A DNA stretch of 63,545 bases, counting the filler. It is 6 parts of 6 records of this genome, joined end to end, with 100 filler letters (N's around TTAATTAATTAA, not from the genome) between each part and the next. Parts side by side here need not be neighbours in the genome. Positions count along the whole stretch, not along the records: positions 49,035 to 54,755 come from SRR31156797_10099; positions 54,856 to 63,545 come from SRR31156797_10114; 4 more parts are not named here. One strand, written 5' to 3'. The notes beneath the pieces were generated by a model, which worked only from the letters and a program-made list of their open reading frames with translations, did not search any database and was not told the origin of the DNA. Both the position numbers and the translations under genes were made by a program. Numbering within the stretch: position 1 is the first letter of the stretch; each line of letters begins with the position of its first letter. Shown in pieces: positions 50,176 to 60,513 of the stretch.

Positions 50176-51165
50176 CTACATCGGCATCTTGATCGAGGTG
50201 TCGATGAAATCGTTGGTGAAGTGCTTCGCCGGGTCGAACGCCTTGTCCAGATAAGGCTCGAAAATGCCGTAGGAGAACTTCATCCGGTCCGGGTCCATGT
50301 AACCGAGGCCGACGGTGGTCGAAACCTTGTCGCTCATCAGTTCCTTGACCAGGGCCCAGTTGGTGGTTTCGTTTTCGACCTGCAGGCCCTTGTTGGCTTC
50401 GACCAGGGCCGCGATGCAGGGCGCCGCGTCGACGGCGCAGGCGTGGAAGGCCTTCTGCGTGACCTTCACGAAGGCACCGACGGCGGCCTTGTTTTCCTTG
50501 ATGAAGGCGCCGTTGGCGATGATCGAGTTGCCGTACGGGTTGATGCCGTATTCCTTGCCCGGCGAGAAGCCCATGTCGTCGCCCAGTTGCGCCTTGAAGA
50601 TGTGGTGGATGTTGTAGAACGACGTCGTAACGTCGATCGACCCGGCCTTCAGCGCCGAAAGCTTGGCGTTCGGCTGTACGTTGACCCAGGTCACGCCCTT
50701 CGGATCGATCCCGACGGCGTTGGCGAAGGCCGGCCACATCTGACGCGCCGCATCCCACGGCGGGTTGCCGATCTTCTTGCCGACGAAGTCCTTCGGCGAC
50801 TTGATGCCGGAGCTTTTCAGCCAATAGAAGCCGTAGGGCGAATTCGCGTAGACGTTATAGACCGCCACCGTTTCGGCGCCCTTGGCGATCGATACGAACA
50901 CCGGCGGCAGGTCGGCCAGGCCAAGCTCGTTTTTGCCGATGCCGACGCGCTGCGCGGACATCGACGACCCCTTGCCCTGTTCGATGTTCAGGTCGATACC
51001 GGCGTCTTTGTACCAGCCCAATTTCTGCGCGTAGTAATAGGGCGCGTGGTCGCCGCCGGCGATCCAGTTGAGAACGAAGTTGATTTCCGTCGCCGATTGC
51101 GCGCTCGTGGTGGCCAGGCCAAGCACCGCGCACGCGGCCGCCAATGTTGTCAGAGATCGTGCCAT
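50176..51165 (-). CDS. ABC substrate-binding protein, NMT1/THI5-like
   Basis: Signal peptide MARSLTT, LNWIAGGDHAPYYYAQKLGWY, GKGS, PYGN; GGAGG RBS. Confidence 0.88.
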   Translation of the reverse strand: MARSLTTLAAACAVLGLATTSAQSATEINFVLNWIAGGDHAPYYYAQKLGWYKDAGIDLNIEQGKGSSMSAQRVGIGKNELGLADLPPVFVSIAKGAETVAVYNVYANSPYGFYWLKSSGIKSPKDFVGKKIGNPPWDAARQMWPAFANAVGIDPKGVTWVNVQPNAKLSALKAGSIDVTTSFYNIHHIFKAQLGDDMGFSPGKEYGINPYGNSIIANGAFIKENKAAVGAFVKVTQKAFHACAVDAAPCIAALVEANKGLQVENETTNWALVKELMSDKVSTTVGLGYMDPDRMKFSYGIFEPYLDKAFDPAKHFTNDFIDTSIKMPM

Positions 51166-51269
51166 GAAATCCCACCTCCCCGGTGATCGATGCGGGTGGA
51201 CGATGAAGCGGCGCGTCGCCTGTTTTGCAGTCCGCCGCCCGGCAATATCCACCCGGGGACATTGCAATA

Positions 51270-51391
51270 AGTAACCAATGAGTTACTCCTGAAGAAAGTT
51301 ATGGATCGAAACCCGTTCTGTCAACGTCTAGCGCGCGCCATTGAGGCTTGACGACGGTGGGGGAGAGGGGTTAAGTAACTGAATGGTTACT
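51270..51391. promoter_or_regulatory. Two AGTAAC-N6-GTTACT palindromic operators in divergent promoter region
   Basis: 51270-51287 and 51374-51391, both preceded by TA and followed by CCTG. Confidence 0.7.
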
Positions 51392-51411
51392 CCTGCGGGG
51401 GCGGTTGAGAA

Positions 51412-52473
51412 ATGGCACTTCATTGGTCCGATATTCCAGCCGACGTCATCGGCGTCCTGCGTGCCGGTTCGGTCATCCCGGCCCATCCCCTGGCTTTAGA
51501 TGCTGATCGAAAGCTGGATATCCGGCGGCAACGGGCACTCAGCCGTTATTATCTGGATGCCGGGTCCGGCGGGTTGGCCGTCGGCGTTCACACCACACAG
51601 TTCGAAATCCGCGATGTCGGCCTGTACGAACCGGTCCTGCGTCTGGCGGCGGAAACCGCCGACGACTGGTCGGACCGGCCGTTTTTGCGCATAGCCGGTC
51701 TTTGCGGCAAAACCCGACAGGCCATCGACGAGGCCCATCTGGCCCTGTCCCTGGGATATCGGGCCGGGCTGATGAGCCTGGCCGCGATGAAGGGTGCCAA
51801 CGCCGATGAACTGATCGACCATTGCCGGGCGGTTGCGGCCGAAATTCCCCTGGTCGGGTTCTATCTGCAGCCGGCTGTCGGCGGGATCGTTCTGGGCGCC
51901 GATTTCTGGCGGCGATTCGCGGAAATCGACAATGTCATCGCCATCAAGATCGCGCCGTTCAACCGCTATCGCACGCTTGACGTCATCCGCGGCGTCGTCG
52001 AGGCCGGTGCCGAAGACCGGATCACGCTCTATACCGGCAACGACGACCATATCGTGCTCGACCTGGTGACGCCGTTCACGATCATGCGCGACGGCGAACC
52101 GGTCACCGTGCGCATTAAGGGCGGCCTGCTCGGCCATTGGTCGGTGTGGACGAAAAAAGCGGTGGAACTTCTGGCCCGCTGCCGGAACGCGTCCGGCCGG
52201 GACGGCATCAATGCCGACCTGCTGGCGCTCGATTCCCGCGTCACCGACTGCAACGCCGCCTTTTTCGACGTCGCCAACGATTTCGCCGGCTGCATCGCCG
52301 GCTGTCACGAGGTCCTGCGCCGGCAGGGATTGCTGGAAGGCATCTGGTGCCTCGATCCGAACGAGGGCCTGAGCCCCGGCCAGGCCGAAGAAATCGACCG
52401 TGTCTATGCCGCCTATCCGGATCTCAACGACGACGATTTCGTATCTGCCGGCTTGGATCGCTGGCTCGCCTGA
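51412..52473 (+). CDS. Dihydrodipicolinate synthase-like (DHDPS/NAL family) aldolase
   Basis: IPAHPLAL, GVHTTQF, FYLQ, AIKIAPF, YTGNDD. Confidence 0.85.
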   Translation: MALHWSDIPADVIGVLRAGSVIPAHPLALDADRKLDIRRQRALSRYYLDAGSGGLAVGVHTTQFEIRDVGLYEPVLRLAAETADDWSDRPFLRIAGLCGKTRQAIDEAHLALSLGYRAGLMSLAAMKGANADELIDHCRAVAAEIPLVGFYLQPAVGGIVLGADFWRRFAEIDNVIAIKIAPFNRYRTLDVIRGVVEAGAEDRITLYTGNDDHIVLDLVTPFTIMRDGEPVTVRIKGGLLGHWSVWTKKAVELLARCRNASGRDGINADLLALDSRVTDCNAAFFDVANDFAGCIAGCHEVLRRQGLLEGIWCLDPNEGLSPGQAEEIDRVYAAYPDLNDDDFVSAGLDRWLA

Positions 52474-52568
52474 GGGAAACTGTCGGCGGCCATGCCTTAA
52501 GCGCCCTCGCCGAGACGGGGGCAAATGCGGCATAAGGAATAAACGGAGACGATCGGAGAATTGCCGAA

Positions 52569-53342
52569 ATGAAACCCCTATCGGAATATGCCAAAAGGTC
52601 GGGGCCCGCCATCGCCGTTCATGCGGTGGTTATTCTGGGCTGGTACCTGTGGGTGAAACTGGGCGACGTTCCGCAGTATGTGATGCCGTCTCCGGCCGAT
52701 ACCGTCGGCGCCATCCTGAAGGAATACAACTGGGTTCATAACACCATGATCACCGCCGGCGAGGTCTTTTTCGGATACCTTCTGGCGGTCGTCGTCGGCG
52801 TCGGCATGGCGCTCATGTTTTCGTGGTCGCGGCTGCTCAACGACACCCTGATGCCGCTGATGGTCAGCACCAACATGATCCCCAAGGTGGCGCTCGGGCC
52901 GCTGTTCATCGTCTGGTTTTCCTACGGCTTCTTCCCCAACGTCATCATCGCCTTTTCGATCTGCTTCCTGCCGATCCTTCTGACCACGGCGCGCGGCCTG
53001 CGCGAGGTCGAACCGGAACTGATCGACCTGGTCCGCTCGTTGCGCGGCACCAACTGGCAGATCTTCAGAAAGATCCAGCTGCCGGGGTCGCTGCCCTACA
53101 TCTTCTCGGGCATGAAGGTGGCCGTGGTGTTGGCCGTCGCCGGCGCCATCGTCGGCGAATTCATCGCTTCCGAGGAAGGCCTCGGCTATTTGATGCTGCA
53201 GGTCCAGGTAACGCTGGATACGGCCGCCATGTTCATGGCGGTTCTGCTGATCACCTTCGTCGGCGTTGCGCTCTATGCCATCGTTATCCTGCTTGAACGC
53301 CTGTTCGTCGTCGGCGATCAGCGCCTGGAGTCCGGCGCATGA
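52569..53342 (+). CDS. ABC permease (SsuC/TauC-like)
   Basis: MPSP, IPKVALGPL, LPYIFSG, GAIVGEF. Confidence 0.9.
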   Translation: MKPLSEYAKRSGPAIAVHAVVILGWYLWVKLGDVPQYVMPSPADTVGAILKEYNWVHNTMITAGEVFFGYLLAVVVGVGMALMFSWSRLLNDTLMPLMVSTNMIPKVALGPLFIVWFSYGFFPNVIIAFSICFLPILLTTARGLREVEPELIDLVRSLRGTNWQIFRKIQLPGSLPYIFSGMKVAVVLAVAGAIVGEFIASEEGLGYLMLQVQVTLDTAAMFMAVLLITFVGVALYAIVILLERLFVVGDQRLESGA

Positions 53343-54103
53343 GCGATCCCTTCATCCATCTCAACGAAGTCCGCATGGTCTATCGCACCGGCAACAAGGA
53401 ATTCCTGGCCGTGTCCGACGTCACCCTGGATATCGGCGTCGGCGAACTGGTGTCGCTGGTCGGGCCGTCGGGCTGCGGCAAGACGACCGTGCTGCGCATC
53501 CTCGCCGGGCTGCAGGAGCACGCCTCGGGCACCGTGCGCATCGGCAACGACGAGACGCCCTTCGATCCCAGCCGCGACATCGGCATGGTGTTCCAGCAGT
53601 CGCTGCTGCTGAAATGGCGCCGCATCATCGACAATGTGCTGCTGCCGGCCGAACTGCTCGGTCTGCCCATGGACGAAAGCCGGGATCGCGCCCGCGACCT
53701 GCTCAATATGGTCGGTTTGGAAGGGTTCGAGGACAAGTACCCGTACGAGCTTTCCGGCGGCATGCAACAGCGCGCCGCCATCGCCCGTGCCCTGGTTCAC
53801 GACCCCAAGGTCATCCTGATGGACGAACCGTTCGGGGCGCTCGATGCCCTGACCCGGGAAAAGATGAACCTGGAACTGCTGCGGATCTGGGAGGAAAGCA
53901 AAAAAACCATCCTGTTCGTCACCCACAGCATCCCGGAAGCCGTCCTGCTCGGCTCGCAGTGCGCGGTGCTGACCGCCGGTCCGGCCCGAATGGCCGATCA
54001 TTTCACCATCGAGTTGCCCTATCCGCGCACGCTGGACATGAAGACGCACGAAGGCTTCGGCGACTATACCCGCCGCATCTACAGGCTGCTGGGGATGGAG
54101 TAG
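53339..54103 (+). CDS. ABC ATP-binding protein (SsuB/TauB-like)
   Basis: GPSGCGKT, LSGGMQQR, MDEPFGALD, VTH. Confidence 0.93.
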   Translation: MSDPFIHLNEVRMVYRTGNKEFLAVSDVTLDIGVGELVSLVGPSGCGKTTVLRILAGLQEHASGTVRIGNDETPFDPSRDIGMVFQQSLLLKWRRIIDNVLLPAELLGLPMDESRDRARDLLNMVGLEGFEDKYPYELSGGMQQRAAIARALVHDPKVILMDEPFGALDALTREKMNLELLRIWEESKKTILFVTHSIPEAVLLGSQCAVLTAGPARMADHFTIELPYPRTLDMKTHEGFGDYTRRIYRLLGME

Positions 54104-54142
54104 GGGAGGCGGCGCCGGCTTGCCGATGCCGCCCCCGATCGA

Positions 54143-54755
54143 TCAGTTTCGGCCCAGATACAGATCCCGGCCGGCGACGATGGCGGCGATCTTGGCGTCC
54201 GCGATCGTCCGCTGCAGCATCCAGAAACCGCAATCGGGATGCACGTACTTGATGCGGTTCTCGCCCAGGGCCTTTTCCGCCCTTTCGATGGTCGCGGCGA
54301 CCTGGTCGGCGGTTTCCACCTCGGTCCGTTTGATGTCGATGACACCGAGGCCGAGGCCGATGTCGGGACGCAGGTCCTTGAAAGATTCGATCTCCTCGAA
54401 CGACCGGTGCGCGCACTCCATGACGATATGATCGACATGCAGGCTGTTGAGGTAGTCCAACAGCTTCGCCCAATGGCCTTTCTGTACGGTCTGCCCGCCG
54501 TAATTGCCGAAGCACAGATGAACCGCCGGCGTCTCCTTGACCGCATCGAGCACGTGGTTGATTGCGTCCGAGGCCCATTCCCATTCGTCCGGGTGGCCCG
54601 GCAGGTTGGCTTCGTCCAACTGGACGATGGCGGCATCGACGTGGGCGACCTGTTCGGCCAGCACCCGGGCGATGCCCATGGCCAGGTCGGGAAGGCTGCC
54701 GTAATGATTGTCGACCAGGGTCTTGGCCAGCATGTGCGGGCCGGTCACCGTGAAC
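54143..54755 (-). CDS. Cobalamin-independent methionine synthase II-family protein, 5' partial
   Basis: VQLDE, HLCFGNY, GVIDIK, HPDCG (Zn ligands). Confidence 0.82.
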
Positions 54756-54855
54756 NNNNNNNNNNNNNNNNNNNNNNNNNNNNNNNNNNNNNNNNNNNNT
54801 TAATTAATTAANNNNNNNNNNNNNNNNNNNNNNNNNNNNNNNNNNNNNNNNNNNN
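54756..54855. other. Artificial contig linker
   Basis: N44-TTAATTAATTAA-N44. Confidence 0.99.
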
Positions 54856-54909
54856 GAAATTGAAAGCTGGCCCTTCGAATTTTCGTTTTTATCTCTGTTT
54901 TCATATCCA

Positions 54910-56448
54910 TCACGGAGAATTTTGCATGGAACGGTCCAGACTCCTGTACTGAATGGCTTCCATGACATGGTGGGTTTGAATGTCGGTGATTGCCTCGAGA
55001 TCGGCGATCGTCCTGGAGATTTTTAATACCCGGTTATAGGCTCTGGCAGAGAGGCCCAGCCGATCGATTGCCGACTCCAACATTCGACCAGCCTCCTCCC
55101 CGATCCGGCAGAAAGCCCGGATATGTCGACTGGCCATTTGTGCATTGTTGTAAATATTGGTTTGCTTCAACCGCTGGTTCTGTAGCCGGCGAGCTGCGAT
55201 CACACGTTTTCGAATGGATGCGGAGGATTCGGATTGTCCATTGTCCATCAACTCTTTGTGGGGGACGGCAGGAACCTCCAAATGAATATCGATTCGGTCA
55301 AGCAAGGGACCGGAAATTTTTGATCGATAGCGGTGAATTTGATGTGCCGTACATCGACACGCATGGCGAGGGTCGCTAAAATAACCGCAAGGGCAGGGGT
55401 TCATGGCCGCAATTAGCATAAAGCTCGCCGGATAGGTCAATGTTGAGGCAGCCCTTGAAATGGTTACCTGAAGATCTTCCAACGGTTGTCGAAGGACTTC
55501 CAGGACGTTTTTCTTGTACTCGGGAAGTTCATCTAGAAAGAGAACACCGTTGTGGGCCAGACTCACCTCGCCAGGACGGGGGATATGCCCGCCACCGATC
55601 AATCCCGCATCCGAGATGGTATGATGCGGTGAGCGGAACGGACGGCGGGTTACCAGTGGCTGGTTCCGGTCCAACATCCCAACGACGCTGAATATTTTGG
55701 TTGTTTCTATGGCTTCTTCAAATGTCAGGGGGGGGAGAATGGTTGGAAGTCTACGAGCCAGCATCGTTTTACCCGAACCAGGAGGGCCCACCATGGCTAC
55801 ATTGTGCCCTCCTGCCGATGCAATCTCCAAAGCGCGCTTGGCATGTTCCTGGCCCATCACCTCCGAAAAATTTATCGTGGAAGAGTCCTGCTGATGAAAG
55901 AGGGTTTCAATATCCGTCTTCATGGGAAGAATTGATTTGAATCCCCTTAAAAAATCGACAACGTCTCCCAAAGTCCGAACCGGATACACGGAAAGCTCCG
56001 ACACAACGGAAGCCTCCTTACCGTTTTCTACAGGAACAATAATGCCGCGGTATCCCGACTTGCGTGCATGAATGGCCATGGGTAGGGAACCGTTAACCGG
56101 TTTAACGCGACCGTCCAGCGATAATTCCCCCAAAAACAGATAATCGGATATTGCGTTTTCAGAAAGAATTCCTGTAGCGGCAAGGATTCCCAACGCGATG
56201 GGCAGATCAAACCCGGTTCCGGTTTTTTTTATATCGGCAGGTGCCAGGTTGACCGTAATTCGGTCAGCCGGAAAAGAATAGCCTGAGTTGCTAATCGCAG
56301 ACTTAACCCGCTCCCGGCTCTCCTTTACCGCAGCCTCCGGTAACCCAACCGTGGTGAAAGTAGGCAATCCTTGGGCAATATCCACTTCAACTTCAACCAG
56401 ATACGCATCGATACCGATTACGGCGCTACTCAGTACCCTTGCAAGCAA
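54910..56448 (-). CDS. comM: YifB/ComM Mg-chelatase-like AAA ATPase
   Basis: [44 protein letters not shown]. Confidence 0.93.
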   Translation of the reverse strand: MLARVLSSAVIGIDAYLVEVEVDIAQGLPTFTTVGLPEAAVKESRERVKSAISNSGYSFPADRITVNLAPADIKKTGTGFDLPIALGILAATGILSENAISDYLFLGELSLDGRVKPVNGSLPMAIHARKSGYRGIIVPVENGKEASVVSELSVYPVRTLGDVVDFLRGFKSILPMKTDIETLFHQQDSSTINFSEVMGQEHAKRALEIASAGGHNVAMVGPPGSGKTMLARRLPTILPPLTFEEAIETTKIFSVVGMLDRNQPLVTRRPFRSPHHTISDAGLIGGGHIPRPGEVSLAHNGVLFLDELPEYKKNVLEVLRQPLEDLQVTISRAASTLTYPASFMLIAAMNPCPCGYFSDPRHACRCTAHQIHRYRSKISGPLLDRIDIHLEVPAVPHKELMDNGQSESSASIRKRVIAARRLQNQRLKQTNIYNNAQMASRHIRAFCRIGEEAGRMLESAIDRLGLSARAYNRVLKISRTIADLEAITDIQTHHVMEAIQYRSLDRSMQNSP

Positions 56449-56603
56449 CGTTTCCCTCCCGGATATAAGGGATTACTTCGTATACAACCTAAGAAGTAAA
56501 ACCATACCAGCTCCTGCAAGCAAGGACAACGGTTTTATTACAAATAGGAAATGAAGGATAAATAGTAGTTGTAAAAAGAGAATTGGATGAATAACATGGT
56601 TAA

Positions 56604-57518
56604 ATGCATGAACGATTGAACAGCACAGGATATTCAGTGAAACAATACCAACAAACCATTGAAAAGCCCGTTCAATGCATCGGAGTCGGTGTTCATTCGG
56701 GGAAAACGGTCACCCTTTCCATCAAACCGGCTCCGGTGAATCACGGCATTCGATTTGTCCGCATCGATCTTCCCGGGTTCCCAGGGGTGAAGGCTCATTT
56801 CAACAAGGTTGTCGATACCAGTTTGGCCACCGTTATCGGTGACGAAGGGTGCATCGTCTCTACGATCGAGCATCTCATGGCCGGTTTTGCAGGCATGAGC
56901 ATTGACAACGCCATTGTGGAGGTTGACGCCTACGAATTGCCCATTATGGACGGTTCCGCAGGCCCATTCACCAAGCTGATACGCTCGGCAGGAACGCAAC
57001 GCCAAGAGGGTCTGAAATGTTACTTCAAAGTGAATCGCCCCATCTCCCTGTCTGAAAACGGCAAATCCGTATCGGTCTACCCTGCGGATACCTTAAAGAT
57101 CACCTGCACCATTGAGTTCAACCACCCCCTGATCGGTAAACAAACCTGCGATTTTTCAAACGATCGGGGGACCTTTGAACAGGAGATCAGCTCCGCCAGA
57201 ACCTTTGGTTTTCTTCATGAACTTGAAATGATGAAACAATATGGATTAGCCCGGGGGGGGTCGCTGGACAATGCCGTCGTTATTGACGGAGATCGCGTGT
57301 TGAATGAAGGGGGGCTTCGCTTCAAAGATGAATTTGTTCGCCACAAAATGCTCGACTGCATAGGCGATTTCTCCCTCATCGGAATGCCCATTATCGGACA
57401 TGTCATCACCAAAAAATCGGGGCACGCTTTCAACCATGCCTTTTTGGAAAAATTCTTCAAGGAAAAAGAATCATGGGAGACATTGACAATGGAACGGGAT
57501 CCGAATGAATTCGTTTAA
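56604..57518 (+). CDS. lpxC: UDP-3-O-acyl-N-acetylglucosamine deacetylase
   Basis: GVHSG, STIEH, PIMDGS, ARTFGF, HKMLD, SGH. Confidence 0.95.
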   Translation: MHERLNSTGYSVKQYQQTIEKPVQCIGVGVHSGKTVTLSIKPAPVNHGIRFVRIDLPGFPGVKAHFNKVVDTSLATVIGDEGCIVSTIEHLMAGFAGMSIDNAIVEVDAYELPIMDGSAGPFTKLIRSAGTQRQEGLKCYFKVNRPISLSENGKSVSVYPADTLKITCTIEFNHPLIGKQTCDFSNDRGTFEQEISSARTFGFLHELEMMKQYGLARGGSLDNAVVIDGDRVLNEGGLRFKDEFVRHKMLDCIGDFSLIGMPIIGHVITKKSGHAFNHAFLEKFFKEKESWETLTMERDPNEFV

Positions 57519-57544
57519 AACATCTTGCCATTTTTCCACGTTTT

Positions 57545-58174
57545 TTGTATGTTCGTTTTTTCTTTTCTTTTCATTGGGTTAACCATCCCTGCGGCATGAG
57601 TATGAATCGTTTAGTTCGATGGAGTAAGGCGTTTTGTGTGCTGACCGCCATTCTTTTTTTTGGGAATGGTCAGGTACTCGCACGCGATGCCACCCTTACC
57701 AATATCATCGTCACCAACACGAGAGACGATCTATTGGTCTATCTTACCGTGGAGGGCGCTTTTACCCGGGAGATGGAAGAGGCTGTAAAAAGTGGGGTAC
57801 CGGCTTCATTCACCTTCCTCGTAAACCTGTACAGATCCCGAAGCATGTGGCTTGACAAGGAGATGGCGGACCTGACGATTACACACACGATTAAATATAA
57901 CAGTATGAAAAAAGAGTACGCCGTTTCCCGAACGTGGGACAGCAACAGCCCGGTCGTCGTTCAGTCTTTCGAAACGGCAAAAAGGCTGATGACGGAAGTG
58001 GACAGCCTCAAAGTCATTCCCCTGAAATCACTCGAAAAAGGAAAACAATATCAGATACAGGCAAAAGCGAAACTCGACCGAATTACTTTACCCTACTATC
58101 TGCACTATGTTCTCTTTTTTCTCTCCTTGTGGGATTTTGAAACTGACTGGTATACAATCGATTTTATTTATTAA
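57545..58174 (+). CDS. DUF4390-family exported protein (start may be 57596 or 57602)
   Basis: Signal peptide, EAVKSGVP..F, WDFETDW; upstream of an NtrY-like kinase. Confidence 0.75.
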   Translation: MYVRFFFSFHWVNHPCGMSMNRLVRWSKAFCVLTAILFFGNGQVLARDATLTNIIVTNTRDDLLVYLTVEGAFTREMEEAVKSGVPASFTFLVNLYRSRSMWLDKEMADLTITHTIKYNSMKKEYAVSRTWDSNSPVVVQSFETAKRLMTEVDSLKVIPLKSLEKGKQYQIQAKAKLDRITLPYYLHYVLFFLSLWDFETDWYTIDFIY

Positions 58175-58195
58175 TTCTTACCTTCGAACGTTCTT

Positions 58196-60436
58196 ATGAT
58201 TTTCGGCAAGCGCAAGGAACCACATAAATTTATCCTCTCAAAAGAAGCGTTAAAACGCCCTAAACGTGAAGCGGTGATCAGCCTGGTGATCATCGTCGTG
58301 GTCATTTTGCTTACTCTGGTAGAAAACCGGTTGATTCCTTTTCCTTCCGACATACCGGTTTCCAATACGATTTTGATGTTCATTTTGATCAACATCAATC
58401 TTTTATTGTTGATTCTGTTGATATTCCTAGTTTTTCGCAATCTCGTAAAGCTTCTTTATACCAGGCGTCGAAAAGTAGTGGGGGCTCGACTGAGGACAAG
58501 ATTGGTCATTGCCTTCGTTGCCCTTTCGCTATTGCCGACCACGATTCTTTTTTTCTTTTCCATTAATTTTATCACCAATAGCATTGAATTTTGGTTCAAT
58601 GTCCCGGTGGAACAAGCCCTTGAAAAATCACTTTTGGTCGGTCAGCAATTCTATCGTGAAAATGAAATCCGCCACCAATTTTTTCTGGAGAGGATTTCTT
58701 ATCAAATCAATCGAAAGAGGATTCTTCCACGTAGTCGGCGCAAAGAACTCACCCATTACATTCAGATTGTTCAACGCGAATTCGATCTGGATACGGTGGA
58801 AATTTATTCGGCCAACCTGAACCGGCTAACGTATGCACTTAGCAAAGATTTGGAAAAAATTTCACTGGAGGCAACCCCTGCCGGAGCATTCGTTAAAGAT
58901 ACCGGCAGTAAAAGAGTGCGCGTTCACACCCAAGAACTGGAAAAAGGAGAACTCCTTCGAACCATCGGGACGGTTCCTTTCGATGTCGAGCCGGAAGCGG
59001 CGACTGCTTATATTGTAATCGGTTTGTACATCCCCCCCGATCTTTCGGAAAACATGGCGTCCATCTCCAGAGGGTTTGACGAATACCAGCAAATCAAATT
59101 ACTGAAAAAACCGATTCAGATCACCTATTACATTACCCTTTCCATCGTTGCGCTACTGGTCATTTTCTGTGCCGTGTGGTTTGGCTTGTATTTGGCAAAG
59201 ACCATTACCATCCCCATTATGGACCTGGCCGAGGGCTCCCGGCGAATTGCCGAAGGAGACCTCACCGTTTCCATTGACAGCACTGTCACGGACGATGAAA
59301 TCGGCAGCCTTGTCAATGCGTTCAATAAAATGACAAAGGAGTTGCGATCCAACCGTCAGGAACTGGAATTGTCGGCGCGAAAACTTACCCAACAGAATCA
59401 AGAGATCGAAGCGCGTCGCCAGTATATGGAAATTGTATTGAAAAATGTTTCAGCAGGCGTCATCACGTTGGATGCCGAGGGTATCATTACAACACTCAAT
59501 AAATCAGCCGAGCAAATGCTCTCCCTGAATGCGGAACAGGTATTGGATAGGCATTATCAAAACTTATTGCATACCGAACATCTGCAGTTTGCTGACGATG
59601 TGATGGAGAGAATCTCCTCGGTACGCAACCAGACAGAGGAATTCCCCCTTCGGATCACGGTATATGGGCAGCCGCGAACATTTCTCATCTATCTCAATAC
59701 ATTAAAAAACGAGGAGGGCAATCCTATCGGTATTGTCATGGTGATGGATGATCTCACCGAACTGGAAAAAGCCCAGCGAATGGCCGCATGGCGAGAAGTG
59801 GCACGAAGAATTGCCCATGAAGTAAAGAACCCGCTCACACCCATCAGTTTGTCAGCGCAACGGCTAAAACGAAGGTATAGCGATCAAATCAACGATTCGG
59901 TCTTCGATGAATGCACCCGCATGATCATCGATCATGTCGAATTGATTCGCAACCTCGTCAATGAATTTTCGACCTTTGCCCGATTTCCAACGGCAGATCC
60001 CAAACCCTGCCAACTCCCCCCCATTATCGAAGAGACCGTTTCCCTATACAGGGAAGGTCATCCGGATGTGGTTTTCAATGTGAATATCAGTAAAGACATC
60101 CCACAAATGAACTTGGACCGACAGCAGTTCAAGCAAGCAATGATCAATCTGGTGGACAATGCAGTGGCGGCCGTCCGCAATAAAGGGCTGATTGCCATCC
60201 TTGCCATTTACGACCCCATTTTAAAGATGGTACGGATAGAAGTTGCGGACGATGGCATCGGCATCGCCGATGCGAATAAAATTCGCCTGTTCGAGCCCAA
60301 TTTCTCTACAAAAATGAGTGGAATGGGATTGGGCTTGACGATTGTCAACTCCATCGTCACGGATCACAATGGTGTAATTCGTGTTCAGGATAACATTCCA
60401 AAAGGAGCCAAATTTGTTATCGAGCTTCCCGTTTAA
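58196..60436 (+). CDS. NtrY-like sensor histidine kinase (HAMP-PAS-HisKA-HATPase)
   Basis: AWREVARRIAHEVKNPLTPI, NLVDNA, DDGIG, GMGLGL. Confidence 0.92.
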   Translation: MIFGKRKEPHKFILSKEALKRPKREAVISLVIIVVVILLTLVENRLIPFPSDIPVSNTILMFILININLLLLILLIFLVFRNLVKLLYTRRRKVVGARLRTRLVIAFVALSLLPTTILFFFSINFITNSIEFWFNVPVEQALEKSLLVGQQFYRENEIRHQFFLERISYQINRKRILPRSRRKELTHYIQIVQREFDLDTVEIYSANLNRLTYALSKDLEKISLEATPAGAFVKDTGSKRVRVHTQELEKGELLRTIGTVPFDVEPEAATAYIVIGLYIPPDLSENMASISRGFDEYQQIKLLKKPIQITYYITLSIVALLVIFCAVWFGLYLAKTITIPIMDLAEGSRRIAEGDLTVSIDSTVTDDEIGSLVNAFNKMTKELRSNRQELELSARKLTQQNQEIEARRQYMEIVLKNVSAGVITLDAEGIITTLNKSAEQMLSLNAEQVLDRHYQNLLHTEHLQFADDVMERISSVRNQTEEFPLRITVYGQPRTFLIYLNTLKNEEGNPIGIVMVMDDLTELEKAQRMAAWREVARRIAHEVKNPLTPISLSAQRLKRRYSDQINDSVFDECTRMIIDHVELIRNLVNEFSTFARFPTADPKPCQLPPIIEETVSLYREGHPDVVFNVNISKDIPQMNLDRQQFKQAMINLVDNAVAAVRNKGLIAILAIYDPILKMVRIEVADDGIGIADANKIRLFEPNFSTKMSGMGLGLTIVNSIVTDHNGVIRVQDNIPKGAKFVIELPV

Positions 60437-60513
60437 AATAATCCAAACTTGGCGCAGATGAATCCGGTTACAAAACTTCCGTTTCTGGACGAACAATAAA
60501 GAGGAGAGGAGAG

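Noticed and set aside
50152-54811. Long alternative-frame ORFs (e.g. 50152-51186 +, 51496-52533 -, 53266-54252 +)
   Set aside because: Shadow ORFs expected in high-GC DNA; they overlap well-supported genes.
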